Shown piece by piece: positions 39,192 to 49,471 of a stretch of 64,000 nucleotides of DNA. Source of the DNA: Candidatus Gottesmanbacteria bacterium RIFCSPHIGHO2_01_FULL_40_15 (GTDB lineage: Bacteria > Patescibacteriota > Microgenomatia > 2-02-FULL-39-11); the NCBI GenBank assembly GCA_001779115.1, contig MFJF01000015.1, forward strand, positions 22,491-86,490, read 5' to 3'. Both the position numbers and the translations under genes were made by a program. The notes beneath the pieces are model-generated. The model was not told the DNA's origin. It worked only from the letters and a program-made list of their open reading frames with translations, and ran no database searches. Every line of letters begins with the position of its first letter. Position 1 is the first letter of the stretch.

Positions 39192-40847
39192 ATGAAAAGG
39201 ATTGACTGGCTGGTAATTTTATTTATTATCCTCGCTTCGGTATTTACTCTGAAAGATCTTTTTCGGCCGGATTTCTACACCAGCCATGACGGACCGCATC
39301 AGGTTGTCAGACTCTATCATTATGATCAATTGTTGCGGCAAGGCCAAATACCTCCCCGGTGGGTCAATGACCTTAATCACGGTTTCGGCTACCCGCTTTT
39401 TATTTTTTCCTACCATATGCCCTGGCTGATATCCGCTCCCTTCATGTTTTTCGGATTATCAGTATTCATATCCATAAAAATGACTTATTTAACGGGTTTT
39501 ATACTTTCGGGAATTCTTATGTACTTTTATCAGAAAAAACTTTTTGGTGTTTTACCCGCATTTATAGGAGCTTTCCTGTATTTGTTTGCCCCTTACCGGT
39601 TCTCCAATATCTTTGTCAGGAGTTCAATAGGTGATGCTACCGCCTTTATTTTTCCGCCGCTTATTTTCTGGTCATTTGACGTTGTGCGTTCAAAAGGGAA
39701 ATTAAATTATTTTTGGCTTTTCCTCTATGCGGCCTCTCTATCGGCCCTTCTTTTGACCCATGCCATGCTATTTTTCCTGTATGTTTTAATCCTGTCGGTT
39801 TATATCCTTTACTGGTTCGTATTCTCCTCCAACAGGAAAAAAATTATTTCAGTTAATGTACTGGGATTCTTAATGGCTGTTTCCCTGTCAGCTTTTTATC
39901 TTTTTCCCTCCTTATTAGAAAGAAATTTTACTGTTTTTAATTCGGTAATGAAAAACGCGTTTTCTTCGCAGTCTTTTATCCCCATATCGCGCCTTTTTTA
40001 TTCACCCTGGGGGTATGGTGTTGTTGACGCGTATGAGGGCGCTATGTCGCTTCAGCTGGGTTTTGCCCAATGGTTGTCATTTCTACTTGGATTACTTCTA
40101 TTTATTTATTTACTGACAAGAAAATCAATGCGGAATATAAATTACGGCTTCATATATATTCTGATATTTATCCTGTCTGTATTTTTAATGCTGAAATCTT
40201 CAGCTCCGATTTGGCAGTTTATTACCCGCTTTGTCTTAATTGATTTTAAATGGCGGATTCTTCACGTGACGGTTTTTGCCGCTGCCATTATTTCGGGTTG
40301 GTTTATTTATAACCTAAAAATACTTAAGCGCCGCTTGTGGACGGCGTTTGCTGGATTTTTTCTTATTAGTCTTTCAATTTATGCCAACCGGAACCACCTG
40401 AAAATAAACCAGGTCCTTGATTGGCCGGTTGACTTTTACCTGAAATTGGAAAAAACCACCAATTCATTTGATGAGTATACGCCCATTTGGGCTCACGCGG
40501 GTATAATCAGGGAAAACGCGTCGCCGGCCGAATTTTCCGCTCCGGCCGGTATCAGGATTATCAGTTCCACATCGGTAAAAAAAGATCTGGAGCTGGAAAC
40601 AGAAAGTGAAGGAGTTTTAACCCTCAACACTCTTTATTATCCCGGTTGGCAGGTATTTATAAACGGTAAACCGGTTGATATTGATTACCAAAACCGCGGT
40701 CTGCTGGAATTTCCCGTTGCCAAAGGAAAAAATATTATTTCAGCCCGCTTTGAAAAAACACCTATGCGCCTGATATCGGATACCATCACCCTATCGGCTA
40801 TAATATTATTACCCGGATTCCTGATATACAAAAAAATCTATGGTTAG
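39192..40847 (+). CDS. GT-C-like membrane protein, PF10131/YfhO-related
   Basis: SHDGPHQVVR, PPRWVNDLNHGFGYPLF, APYR, FKWR, YYPGWQVFING. Confidence 0.75.
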   Translation: MKRIDWLVILFIILASVFTLKDLFRPDFYTSHDGPHQVVRLYHYDQLLRQGQIPPRWVNDLNHGFGYPLFIFSYHMPWLISAPFMFFGLSVFISIKMTYLTGFILSGILMYFYQKKLFGVLPAFIGAFLYLFAPYRFSNIFVRSSIGDATAFIFPPLIFWSFDVVRSKGKLNYFWLFLYAASLSALLLTHAMLFFLYVLILSVYILYWFVFSSNRKKIISVNVLGFLMAVSLSAFYLFPSLLERNFTVFNSVMKNAFSSQSFIPISRLFYSPWGYGVVDAYEGAMSLQLGFAQWLSFLLGLLLFIYLLTRKSMRNINYGFIYILIFILSVFLMLKSSAPIWQFITRFVLIDFKWRILHVTVFAAAIISGWFIYNLKILKRRLWTAFAGFFLISLSIYANRNHLKINQVLDWPVDFYLKLEKTTNSFDEYTPIWAHAGIIRENASPAEFSAPAGIRIISSTSVKKDLELETESEGVLTLNTLYYPGWQVFINGKPVDIDYQNRGLLEFPVAKGKNIISARFEKTPMRLISDTITLSAIILLPGFLIYKKIYG

Positions 40848-41619
40848 ACTGTCTATCGCCATAGCCGTTTATAACGAAGAACAGAACATCAAGCGCTGCC
40901 TTGACAGCTGTGCCGGTCTGGCTGATGAAATTGTGGCGGTTGACGGTTCTTCAACTGATAACTCAGTCGCAATTCTTAAAAGTTATAACGCCAGGATTTT
41001 TATCCGTAAGAATCCGGTCAATTTCCATATCAATAAAAATCTTGCCATCGACTCCTGCCGCGGCCGCTGGATTCTGCAATTGGATGCCGATGAAGTAGTA
41101 AGTCCGGGGTTAAAAAAAGAGATTCTCCAGATTATTGCTTTACCCTTGACCCATAACCGCCAACCTGCAAATGGTTATTGGATTCCCAGGAAAAATTTTA
41201 TTTTAGGCAGGTTTTTGGAAAAAGGAGGCCAATATCCGGATTACACTTTAAGGCTATACCGGAAGGGTTTTGGCCGGCTACCGGGAAAAAGCGTTCATGA
41301 ACAGGCTCAGGTAAAAGGTCCGGTCGGGAATTTAATAAATCCAATACTTCATTATCCTTATCCTGATTTTTCCCATTACCTTGATCACTTTAATCGTTAT
41401 ACGTCAATTATGGCTATTGATTTAAAAAAAGAAAACATTAAGCTTACTCCTGTTGTTTTTGCTGATTATATCCTGGTAAAACCCCTCACCTGGTTTTTCA
41501 GAACCTATTTTCTAAATAAAGGTTTTTACGACGGTTTTGCCGGTTTTGCCTTTTCTCTTTTTTCTTCATTAAGATTTACGGTAGCTTATATCAAATACAG
41601 GGAACTTTTTAAAAATTGA
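40840..41619 (+). CDS. GT2 glycosyltransferase (WaaE-like)
   Basis: VYNEEQNI, VDGSSTD, LDADE, YPDYTLRL, VHE, GFYDG. Confidence 0.9.
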   Translation: MVRLSIAIAVYNEEQNIKRCLDSCAGLADEIVAVDGSSTDNSVAILKSYNARIFIRKNPVNFHINKNLAIDSCRGRWILQLDADEVVSPGLKKEILQIIALPLTHNRQPANGYWIPRKNFILGRFLEKGGQYPDYTLRLYRKGFGRLPGKSVHEQAQVKGPVGNLINPILHYPYPDFSHYLDHFNRYTSIMAIDLKKENIKLTPVVFADYILVKPLTWFFRTYFLNKGFYDGFAGFAFSLFSSLRFTVAYIKYRELFKN

Positions 41620-42686
41620 TGAAATATGACCCGTTGATAAAAGTCGCCTTTGTCCGTCCCCCGCTTTCGGAACATGCGTTTAGGGGAACCGGCTCCTATT
41701 ACAGAAATCTTCTGATAAGTTTAAAAAAAGAGGACGGGCTTGAAGTAACGGCCATAGAAAACGGCGCTCCCGTGGGTAATTTTGACATAATTCATTATCC
41801 GTACTTTGACCCTTTTTTTCTGACGATGCCATTAATTTCTAAGAAAAATACGGTAGTCACCGTTCATGACCTTATTCCCCTGAAATATCCTGATAAATTC
41901 AAAAGCGGCATTAAGGGGTTATTTAAGTGGTTTATTCAGAAAGGCACCCTTTGCCGTTCCCGGCATATTATAACCGATTCCCATTCTTCCAAAAAAGATA
42001 TTGCCGCGATTACCGGGTTTCCCCAAAAAGACATCCGGGTCATTTATTTGGGAATTGAAAATGTTTTCAGAAAAATTAGCGACAACCGGATACTAATGCC
42101 TGTTCTTACCAGGTATCAGCTTAATACTCCGTTTATTCTTTATGTCGGTGATATCAACTGGAATAAAAATATTCCCGGTTTAATTAAAGCTTTAAGCTTT
42201 CTTGAGAAGGAAAACGGGGCACCCCAATTGGCGCTTGTTGGACGGGGTTTTGTAAATAACAGCGGCAATCTCACGGAAATTAACAAATTGATCTCGGATT
42301 TAAATCTTGACGGCAAAATAAAAAGAATAGCCGATGTTCCGCCGGATGATCTGGTTGCCCTTTATAATCTGGCGGAAATGTTTATCCTGCCCTCATTTGA
42401 TGAGGGTTTCGGATTGCCGCTTCTTGAAGCGATGGCCTGCCAGACTCCGGTTATTTCTTCTGACCGGGGGAGCTTGGCTGAAATATCAGGAAGGGCAGTT
42501 TTTTCTGTTGATCCCAACGATTCCGGCCAAATGGGAAAAGCCATAAAAAAACTCCTGAAAAATAAGGAATTAAGGGACCGTTTGGTAGCCGAAGGCATAT
42601 TGCAGTCCCAAAAATTCACCTGGGAAAAGACAAGTCGGGCAACAGTCAATGTCTATAAAAAAATTCTGGGAATAAAAGAATATTAA
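41619..42686 (+). CDS. GT4 glycosyltransferase (MtfB-like)
   Basis: TVHDLIP, YVGD...KN, PSFDEGFGLPLLEAMAC, FTWEK. Confidence 0.9.
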   Translation: MKYDPLIKVAFVRPPLSEHAFRGTGSYYRNLLISLKKEDGLEVTAIENGAPVGNFDIIHYPYFDPFFLTMPLISKKNTVVTVHDLIPLKYPDKFKSGIKGLFKWFIQKGTLCRSRHIITDSHSSKKDIAAITGFPQKDIRVIYLGIENVFRKISDNRILMPVLTRYQLNTPFILYVGDINWNKNIPGLIKALSFLEKENGAPQLALVGRGFVNNSGNLTEINKLISDLNLDGKIKRIADVPPDDLVALYNLAEMFILPSFDEGFGLPLLEAMACQTPVISSDRGSLAEISGRAVFSVDPNDSGQMGKAIKKLLKNKELRDRLVAEGILQSQKFTWEKTSRATVNVYKKILGIKEY

Positions 42687-42689
42687 ATA

Positions 42690-43829
42690 ATGATATTTTT
42701 CATCTTTCATTTTTTTATTGTTTGGCGGATATTTTTATTCCTTGCCGCATATACCGGTTCTTTTATTCTTCCGTTTCAACCCCGTTTTCCTTATGCTGAT
42801 ACTCTTCTTATTCCTTCGGGTCTTCCGGCCTGGCTCTGGTCTTTTGCCAATTTTGACGGAGTTCATTATCTGACAATAAGCCGATATGGATACAGCGCCC
42901 AGTTTACCCAGGTTTTTTTCCCACTTTATCCGCTTCTTTTGGGACTTGTCAATAAAATTCTTTTTTTTCTTCCGCGGCTTTTTTCAGGACTTATGGTTAC
43001 CAACCTGTTTTTTTTATCAGCGCTTTTTGTTTTTTACCGGCTCATGAGAATGGATTTTAATGTCCGCCAAATCAGATGGATGATTGTATTTCTTCTCTTT
43101 TTTCCGCTTTCTTTATACTTTGGCAGCCTTTATACCGAAAGCCTGTTCCTGTTACTTTTGCTAAGCGCCTTTTATTTTGCCCGCCGACGTCACTGGCTGG
43201 CTGCCTCGGTAGTAGCTGCACTCGCCGGATCAACGCGGCTGGTGGGTGTTTTTCTTCTGCCGGCCCTGCTATGGGAATGGTATCTGCAGTCAAATAATAA
43301 AAAAGTAAGTTTATTGCTGTCCGTGACCCGTTCTCCGGTTACCTATGTAGTTCCTCTTGGACTTTTGGTTTACATGGTTTATCTGCAGATTAATTTCGGT
43401 GATCCTCTTTATTTTTGGCATGCCCAACCCGTATTCGGCGCAGAGCGTTCAGGCAGTTCTATCGTACTGCTTCCCCAAGTTCTCTGGCGTTACCTGAAAA
43501 TCTTTAAGACCGTTCCCAAAAACAGTCTTACGTTTTGGATTCCTTTTACGGAGCTTGTCTCTTTTTTTCTGGCCGCCGTTTTTCTGATTATTGCCCACCT
43601 GAAAAAAATCCGTTTTTCTTATCTTCTTTTTTCCTGGCCGGCTCTAATTGTTCCGTCTTTAACCGGAACGCTTTCCAGTATGCCCCGTTATGTGCTTATT
43701 CTTTTTCCCATATTTCCGATTTTAGGCCTTATCGCTTCTTCTAAAATAAAATTGACTATTCTGGCTTTTTTTGTCATTTTATTGGCCTGTTATACAATTC
43801 TTTTTACCCGGGGATTATGGGTTTCCTGA
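42690..43829 (+). CDS. PIG-V-like (GT76-type) GT-C mannosyltransferase homolog
   Basis: ANFDGVHYL.I...GY, FFPLYP, YTESLFL, TRLVG, SMPRY. Confidence 0.75.
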   Translation: MIFFIFHFFIVWRIFLFLAAYTGSFILPFQPRFPYADTLLIPSGLPAWLWSFANFDGVHYLTISRYGYSAQFTQVFFPLYPLLLGLVNKILFFLPRLFSGLMVTNLFFLSALFVFYRLMRMDFNVRQIRWMIVFLLFFPLSLYFGSLYTESLFLLLLLSAFYFARRRHWLAASVVAALAGSTRLVGVFLLPALLWEWYLQSNNKKVSLLLSVTRSPVTYVVPLGLLVYMVYLQINFGDPLYFWHAQPVFGAERSGSSIVLLPQVLWRYLKIFKTVPKNSLTFWIPFTELVSFFLAAVFLIIAHLKKIRFSYLLFSWPALIVPSLTGTLSSMPRYVLILFPIFPILGLIASSKIKLTILAFFVILLACYTILFTRGLWVS

Positions 43830-43851
43830 AATTATTTCATTAGAAAAATAT

Positions 43852-44535
43852 ATGGATTTATTGATCGGTATTCCGGCATTCAACGAGGAAACAATGATCG
43901 GTAAAGTATTAAAATCACTGCCGAAAAGAATACCCGGTATTGACCGCATTGATATATTGGTTGTTGATGACGGTTCATCCGACAGAACTGCTGCGGTGGC
44001 AAAAAATTCAGGCGCTTTAGTCTTAAGGCATATTATTAACCGCGGTCTTGGTGGCGCCCTGAAAACAATATTTGCATATGCCGGTAAATACCGGTATGAT
44101 CTCCTGGTGACAATTGATGCGGACGGACAGCACCATCCGGCTGATATAGTGAAAATCCTCCGGCCGGTAATTGATAACGGTAAAGACGTGGTTATCGGTA
44201 CAAGATGGAAAAATTCCTTAAAGAAAAAATTTATTCTCCGTTATCTGATAAATCAGCTGGCCAATTTTTATACTTTTTTACTCTACGGGATAGAAACCGG
44301 TGATTCGCAATCCGGTTTCCGTTCTTTTTCAGGAAAAGCGGTCAAAAAAATTAATTTGAGTTCGGACGGAATGGAAGTATCCAGTGAATTTTTCAGGGAA
44401 ATTTACCGACATGGTCTTATCTATGATGAAGTGCCGGTTAAGCTTATTTATACCGACTATTCCCAGGGTAAGGGTCAGCGTCTGTCAAACGCGCCCAATG
44501 TTTTTTTCAGGCAGTTTTTAAGACTGTTAAGGTAA
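43852..44535 (+). CDS. GT2 polyprenyl-phosphate glycosyltransferase (DPM1-like)
   Basis: Start ATG 43852. IPAFNEE, VDDGSSD, NRGLGGA, IDADGQH, DSQSGFR. Confidence 0.85.
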   Translation: MDLLIGIPAFNEETMIGKVLKSLPKRIPGIDRIDILVVDDGSSDRTAAVAKNSGALVLRHIINRGLGGALKTIFAYAGKYRYDLLVTIDADGQHHPADIVKILRPVIDNGKDVVIGTRWKNSLKKKFILRYLINQLANFYTFLLYGIETGDSQSGFRSFSGKAVKKINLSSDGMEVSSEFFREIYRHGLIYDEVPVKLIYTDYSQGKGQRLSNAPNVFFRQFLRLLR

Positions 44536-44536
44536 T

Positions 44537-44893
44537 ATGCCGTTCACATTTACCCAAATTTTTTTAAGCCTGTTTTTATTATTCGCCATCAGCCGGGTAG
44601 TTATCCGTTTCCGGGAAGGCATACTGCCTTTGTTGGGATTTGCTTTTTGGCTGGCGGTTTTCGGCTTTGCCATTGTTATCGTTCTGTTTCCCGGATTAAC
44701 CAGCGTATTGGCCACTGTTGTGGGGATCGGCAGGGGAGCCGATTTTGTGATATATGTATCAGTCAGTCTTATTTTTTTCCTTATTTTCAGACTGTATATC
44801 TATTTGGAGGATATCAGGCATGATATTACCGAAATTATCACGCATTTGGCTCTAGAGAATAAAAAACGGAAAAATGCCCGGAAAACTTCCTAA
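44537..44893 (+). CDS. DUF2304-like small membrane protein
   Basis: 3 TM segments, GIGRGADF motif and C-terminal coiled segment; directly follows a DPM1-like GT2, the usual context. Confidence 0.8.
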   Translation: MPFTFTQIFLSLFLLFAISRVVIRFREGILPLLGFAFWLAVFGFAIVIVLFPGLTSVLATVVGIGRGADFVIYVSVSLIFFLIFRLYIYLEDIRHDITEIITHLALENKKRKNARKTS

Positions 44894-45662
44894 AATCAGT
44901 ATAATTACTCCCTCGTTAAATCAGGGAAAATTCATTGAGCGTACGATTAAGTCCGTTCTTGACCAGAAATATCCTCAGCTGGAGTATATCGTCATGGACG
45001 GCGGATCAACTGATCAAACACTCCGGATTCTCAAAAAATACAAAAGCAGGTTAACTTATTTTACCGGACCGGATAAAGGCCAGTCTGACGCTATCAATAG
45101 GGGATTAACCATGGCAACCGGTGACATCGTCGCCTACATTAATTCCGATGATTATTATTTACCGGGTACATTCGATTACATTACCCGTGCTTTTTCCGAA
45201 AAAAATGCCAAGTGGATAATAGGTATGTGCCGGAATGTTGATACTAATGGGAAAAAAACCAGAAATTATGTTTCACTATGGAAAGGATTATGGTATCGGT
45301 TTCCCTTTCCGGTGAAATTTAAAAGCAATATTTTATATATTCTTAACTTTATACCTCAACCGGCAGTTTTTTGGAAGAGATCGGCAATGAAAAAAATTGG
45401 CTTTTTTGATGTTTCTCTGAATTTTGCCATGGATTATGATTTCTTTATCCGTTTATTTAAATATTCATCACCTGTAATAACAAAAAGGGAATTAGCTTCC
45501 TATACCATTCAAAAGCAAGCTAAAAGTTTCAGATTCAGTAAAGAATCATTTAATGAGAGTTTAAAAGTTGCCAAAAGATATACTTCTTCACCTGTTTTTT
45601 TAACTCTCCATTATTTGCATGACCTTTTGGCATACAGAATTTATATAAATTCATCACAGTAA
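44874..45662 (+). CDS. GT2 glycosyltransferase (WcaE-like)
   Basis: ISIITPSLNQG, MDGGSTD, GQSDAINRG, INSDD, PQPAVFW, MDYD. Confidence 0.9.
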   Translation: MPGKLPKISIITPSLNQGKFIERTIKSVLDQKYPQLEYIVMDGGSTDQTLRILKKYKSRLTYFTGPDKGQSDAINRGLTMATGDIVAYINSDDYYLPGTFDYITRAFSEKNAKWIIGMCRNVDTNGKKTRNYVSLWKGLWYRFPFPVKFKSNILYILNFIPQPAVFWKRSAMKKIGFFDVSLNFAMDYDFFIRLFKYSSPVITKRELASYTIQKQAKSFRFSKESFNESLKVAKRYTSSPVFLTLHYLHDLLAYRIYINSSQ

Positions 45663-45693
45663 TAATTATATAATTTACTTTTAAACCAAATTT

Positions 45694-46629
45694 ATGAACG
45701 GGGTGTTTTGGAAAAATAAAAAAGTCCTGGTTACCGGCGGAAACGGATTTCTCGGCGGCGTTCTGGTCAAACAGCTTAAAAAAATTAACGCCCAGGTATT
45801 TTCCCCAGCATCAAAAGAACTCGACCTGCGGATAAATAAAAATTGCCGAAAAGCGGTTTCAGGGCAGGAGATAGTCATACACTTGGCTGCAAAAGTCGGC
45901 GGTATCGGCTATAACCTTAATCATGCCGGAGAAATGTTTTATGACAATATAATAATGGGAGCGCAATTGATGGAGGAGGCCAGAATTGCCGGTGTTAAAA
46001 AGTTTGTCGCGTTGGGAACAATTTGTGCATATCCAAAATTTACCAGGGTGCCTTTTAAGGAAAAGGATCTTTGGAACGGTTATCCTGAAGAAACTAATGC
46101 TCCGTATGGCCTTGCTAAAAAAATGCTTCTGGTACAATCTCAGGCATATCGCCAGCAATACGGTTTCAACTCCATTTTTCTTTTACCGGTTAATCTCTTT
46201 GGTCCCGGTGATAATTTTGACCCGCTTTCTTCCCATGTTATTCCGGCTTTAATAAGAAAAATTTCAATTGCAAAAAAGAATCATTCAGCCAGTGTAACGG
46301 TGTGGGGAACCGGCAATCCGACCCGCGAATTTTTATATGTTGACGATGCTGCGGAAGGAATTATTTTAGCCGGTGAAAAATATAATAAATCCGAACCTGT
46401 AAATTTGGGGGCCGGCTTTGAAATAACAATTAAAAAATTAGTTTACGAGATTTGTAATCTTATGGAATATCATGGCAGTATAATTTGGGATAAATCCAAA
46501 CCTGACGGGCAGCCCAGAAGAATGTTAAACACGAAAAAAGCGTTCATGGAATTCGGTTTTAAAGCGAAAACCGACTTCATAACCGGATTGGAAAAAACAG
46601 TGAATTGGTACAAGAAAAACCGATTTTAA
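45694..46629 (+). CDS. fcl: GDP-L-fucose synthase / ColC-like epimerase-reductase
   Basis: [57 protein letters not shown]. Confidence 0.8.
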   Translation: MNGVFWKNKKVLVTGGNGFLGGVLVKQLKKINAQVFSPASKELDLRINKNCRKAVSGQEIVIHLAAKVGGIGYNLNHAGEMFYDNIIMGAQLMEEARIAGVKKFVALGTICAYPKFTRVPFKEKDLWNGYPEETNAPYGLAKKMLLVQSQAYRQQYGFNSIFLLPVNLFGPGDNFDPLSSHVIPALIRKISIAKKNHSASVTVWGTGNPTREFLYVDDAAEGIILAGEKYNKSEPVNLGAGFEITIKKLVYEICNLMEYHGSIIWDKSKPDGQPRRMLNTKKAFMEFGFKAKTDFITGLEKTVNWYKKNRF

Positions 46630-46640
46630 TTCGGGGATAA

Positions 46641-47822
46641 TTATTTTGAAAAAATTTTTATCAGGGTATTTATTTCTTTTCCTGTTAATTCCGGATTGTT
46701 TCCGAAATAGAGACCCTGCTCATGAATCAGCCGGGCTTGGCTTTGGGAATAATTAAAAGAAATTTTACCCATGTATTTGCGGAAAAAAGGTTGGGTTGTA
46801 ATGTCTCCCCCGACAATCGGTCTTATTTCCACTTTTTTTTCGCATTTGGCTACCAGCTTATCGCGTATTTCTCTTGATTTACAAATAAGGGGAAAAGCAA
46901 AATTGGAGATAAAATCCAAATGGTTGTATTTAACCGGATAATAAAGTTTAGGGTTAGTGTAAAGATATTCAGCCAGCCTTTTGAAATTATCCCTTCTCTT
47001 TTGGTTAATTTCATCAAGATATTTCAGTTGGATATTTCCCAAAAACCCCGCTATCTCGGTCGGTCTCAAATTGAATCCCAAATCATAAAATGTATAACGG
47101 GAATAAAAAGTTGAGTTGACTTTAAAGCGGTTCCGTATGCTGTTTTGTCTCGCCAAAGACAAATTCCTGTCCCAACCGTGGGCTCTGACAATCCGCAGCA
47201 TCGAAGCCAGGTTGTAATTGTCCGTCAGAACGGCTCCTCCCTCAACAGTTGAGAGATGATGCCCGACATAAAAGGAAAAAGTTGAGGCCAATCCGAAATT
47301 GCCGAGCTTCTTTCCCTTATAAATGCTCCCCAAAGCTTCACAGTTATCCTCAATAAGAATGATCTTGTTGTCACGGCAAATTTCAGCGATTTTATCCGGA
47401 TCGGAGCAAAATCCCAGTAGATTTGTCAAAAACAGCATTTTTAACGGATATCTTTTTAAAGTTTTATGAACCGTTTCAGAGTGTACATTCAGAGTTTGCA
47501 AAGAAACATCAACCGGAACGGCAGTCAGACCAAGCTGAATAAGCGGCATGACGTTAGTTGACCAGGTTAGGGCGGAAAAACCGACCATATCGCCCCGTTT
47601 AAGAATCCCCAGATTAATAAGAGCCATGATGATTGCCAGGTTGGCGGAACTGCCGGAATTTACCAATACGCACTGTTTCCGTTCCTGATATCCTGAAAAA
47701 TTTTTCTCAAACAGTACGCATTCCCGCCCAAAACTCAGCTGCTTGGTTCTGTTTATAAACTCTGTCAGATTTTTCTTGGTTTCAGATTCTTTGAAAAAAG
47801 TTGATTTGATCAGCTTAATCAT
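46641..47822 (-). CDS. colD: ColD-like GDP-4-keto-6-deoxymannose 3-dehydratase (DegT family with His in place of catalytic Lys)
   Basis: VNSGSSANL, TWST, EDNCE, TFSFYVGHHLSTVEGG, RAHGW; lacks the Cys-rich Fe-S motif of E1/RfbH. Confidence 0.7.
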   Translation of the reverse strand: MIKLIKSTFFKESETKKNLTEFINRTKQLSFGRECVLFEKNFSGYQERKQCVLVNSGSSANLAIIMALINLGILKRGDMVGFSALTWSTNVMPLIQLGLTAVPVDVSLQTLNVHSETVHKTLKRYPLKMLFLTNLLGFCSDPDKIAEICRDNKIILIEDNCEALGSIYKGKKLGNFGLASTFSFYVGHHLSTVEGGAVLTDNYNLASMLRIVRAHGWDRNLSLARQNSIRNRFKVNSTFYSRYTFYDLGFNLRPTEIAGFLGNIQLKYLDEINQKRRDNFKRLAEYLYTNPKLYYPVKYNHLDFISNFAFPLICKSREIRDKLVAKCEKKVEIRPIVGGDITTQPFFRKYMGKISFNYSQSQARLIHEQGLYFGNNPELTGKEINTLIKIFSK

Positions 47823-47837
47823 AATTTTTTTAATTTT

Positions 47838-48527
47838 TCAATTAAAATTATTCCCTTTAATGATTTCCCTTAAAAAGTAATAAATGAATTTAATTCCCGT
47901 GGGAATTGCTGCCGAACCACTTTTTCCGCCGACCCTTTTGCCTTCCCGGGTTGGAATTTCAACGATTTTCATCTTTAATTTTAAAGCTCTAATGGTCATC
48001 TGAAATTCAACCGCGTATCCTTTTGCATCAAGTTTAAGTTTCCGAAAAGAAGTTTTCCTTATCGCCCTGTATCCGTTAATACTGTCTGTGATTTTACTTT
48101 TCCAGATGACATTTACAAGCAGTGTGAATCCGCGGTTAGCCCATGCCCTGAATTTTAAGATATTATCATCTTCTTCATTTCTTGATTTTTTCGTAAACCG
48201 GGAGGCGATTGCCATATCCGCGCCTTTTATCAGCTGTTTGACTAACTTTGGAATATCGGCCGGATCTTCATTTCCGTCAGGACTGAAAAATATAAGGTAT
48301 TTTCCCTTGGCTTTTTTGAAAGCCAGATAAAATGCCTCCGCCCGTCCCGGATTTTTCTGCTTCAAAACCGGAATTTTATTTTTAAGGAAATATTCGACTG
48401 TTCCGTCGGAAGACTTGTAGTCAACGGCAAAATACTCGTCAACCTTTTTAAAAGGTATTTTTTTAAAAAGATTTTTAACACCGTCGATTTCATTCCGTGT
48501 CAGGATGATAAGTGTTGTCTGTACCAT
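47838..48527 (-). CDS. GT2 polyprenyl-phosphate glycosyltransferase (DPM1-like)
   Basis: LTRNE, VDYKSSDGT, SPDGNEDP, IASRF, TDSINGYRA, EIPTREGKR.GG. Confidence 0.8.
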   Translation of the reverse strand: MVQTTLIILTRNEIDGVKNLFKKIPFKKVDEYFAVDYKSSDGTVEYFLKNKIPVLKQKNPGRAEAFYLAFKKAKGKYLIFFSPDGNEDPADIPKLVKQLIKGADMAIASRFTKKSRNEEDDNILKFRAWANRGFTLLVNVIWKSKITDSINGYRAIRKTSFRKLKLDAKGYAVEFQMTIRALKLKMKIVEIPTREGKRVGGKSGSAAIPTGIKFIYYFLREIIKGNNFN

Positions 48528-49471
48528 TCAATTGTTTCCTTCAGTCCCTCTTTAAGCGGTGTTTCGGCGGTAAAACCGATTTTAGCTGTTGCTTTTTTTG
48601 TATCACAGCTCCTTCTCGGTTGTCCATCGGGTTTAGAAGTATCAAATTTAATTTTGATCTTCGAACCCGTAAGTTTAAGAATTAATTTTACCAGGTCACC
48701 GATAGGGATTTCTTCATCCGAACCGATATTAACCGGATCGGCCACGGGATATTTTTCGGCGGTCAAAAGTAATCCCCTGGCAAAATCCCGGGAATATAAA
48801 AAAGACCTTGTCTGTTTGCCGCTTCCCCATACAACTAAAGGATTTTCCCCGTCAAACACCCGTTTGATTATACCCGGAATGACATGCGAAATTTCCGGGT
48901 TAAAGTTATCCCTGGGTCCGTATGCGTTATAAGGTCTGGCGATAGCTACTTTCATTCCGAATTCGCTGTTATAAAAACGGCCCAGAAGTTCCGCCGTCCT
49001 TTTGGCCCAGCCGTACCCCAGGTTGCTCGGTTCGGGATCACCGATAAACCCTTCCGATTCCGGAGTCGGGATCGAGGTATTTCTCGGATAAATGCAGGCG
49101 GAAGAAACAATAAGGAATCTATCCGTTCCGTTCTCATACGCCGCTTTAATCATATTCTGGGCAATTCTGACGTTATCTTCAAACATTATGGCCGGATGAA
49201 CTATGTTATATTGGATTCCGGCGACTTTAGAGGCCAGATTAAGAATAATATCCTGATTTCTTGATGCACGTTTGGCCTGAATATAATCCGTCAGATCAGC
49301 TTTATAAATTCTTATTCTTTTTTTATGATGACTGATTTTCTCGATGTTTCCGGTTTTAGTTATTACCGACACTTCAGCTTTTTTTTGGAGAAGCAAATCA
49401 ACAACATGGGATCCGATAAATCCGGCACCGCCCGTAACCAGAACTTTTTTATTCTTCCAGTAATCATTCAT
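48500..49471 (-). CDS. NAD-dependent epimerase, Fcl/GDP-mannose 3,5-epimerase-like
   Basis: Start ATG 49471 ([20 protein letters not shown]). [27 protein letters not shown]. Confidence 0.8.
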   Translation of the reverse strand: MNDYWKNKKVLVTGGAGFIGSHVVDLLLQKKAEVSVITKTGNIEKISHHKKRIRIYKADLTDYIQAKRASRNQDIILNLASKVAGIQYNIVHPAIMFEDNVRIAQNMIKAAYENGTDRFLIVSSACIYPRNTSIPTPESEGFIGDPEPSNLGYGWAKRTAELLGRFYNSEFGMKVAIARPYNAYGPRDNFNPEISHVIPGIIKRVFDGENPLVVWGSGKQTRSFLYSRDFARGLLLTAEKYPVADPVNIGSDEEIPIGDLVKLILKLTGSKIKIKFDTSKPDGQPRRSCDTKKATAKIGFTAETPLKEGLKETIEWYRQHLSS

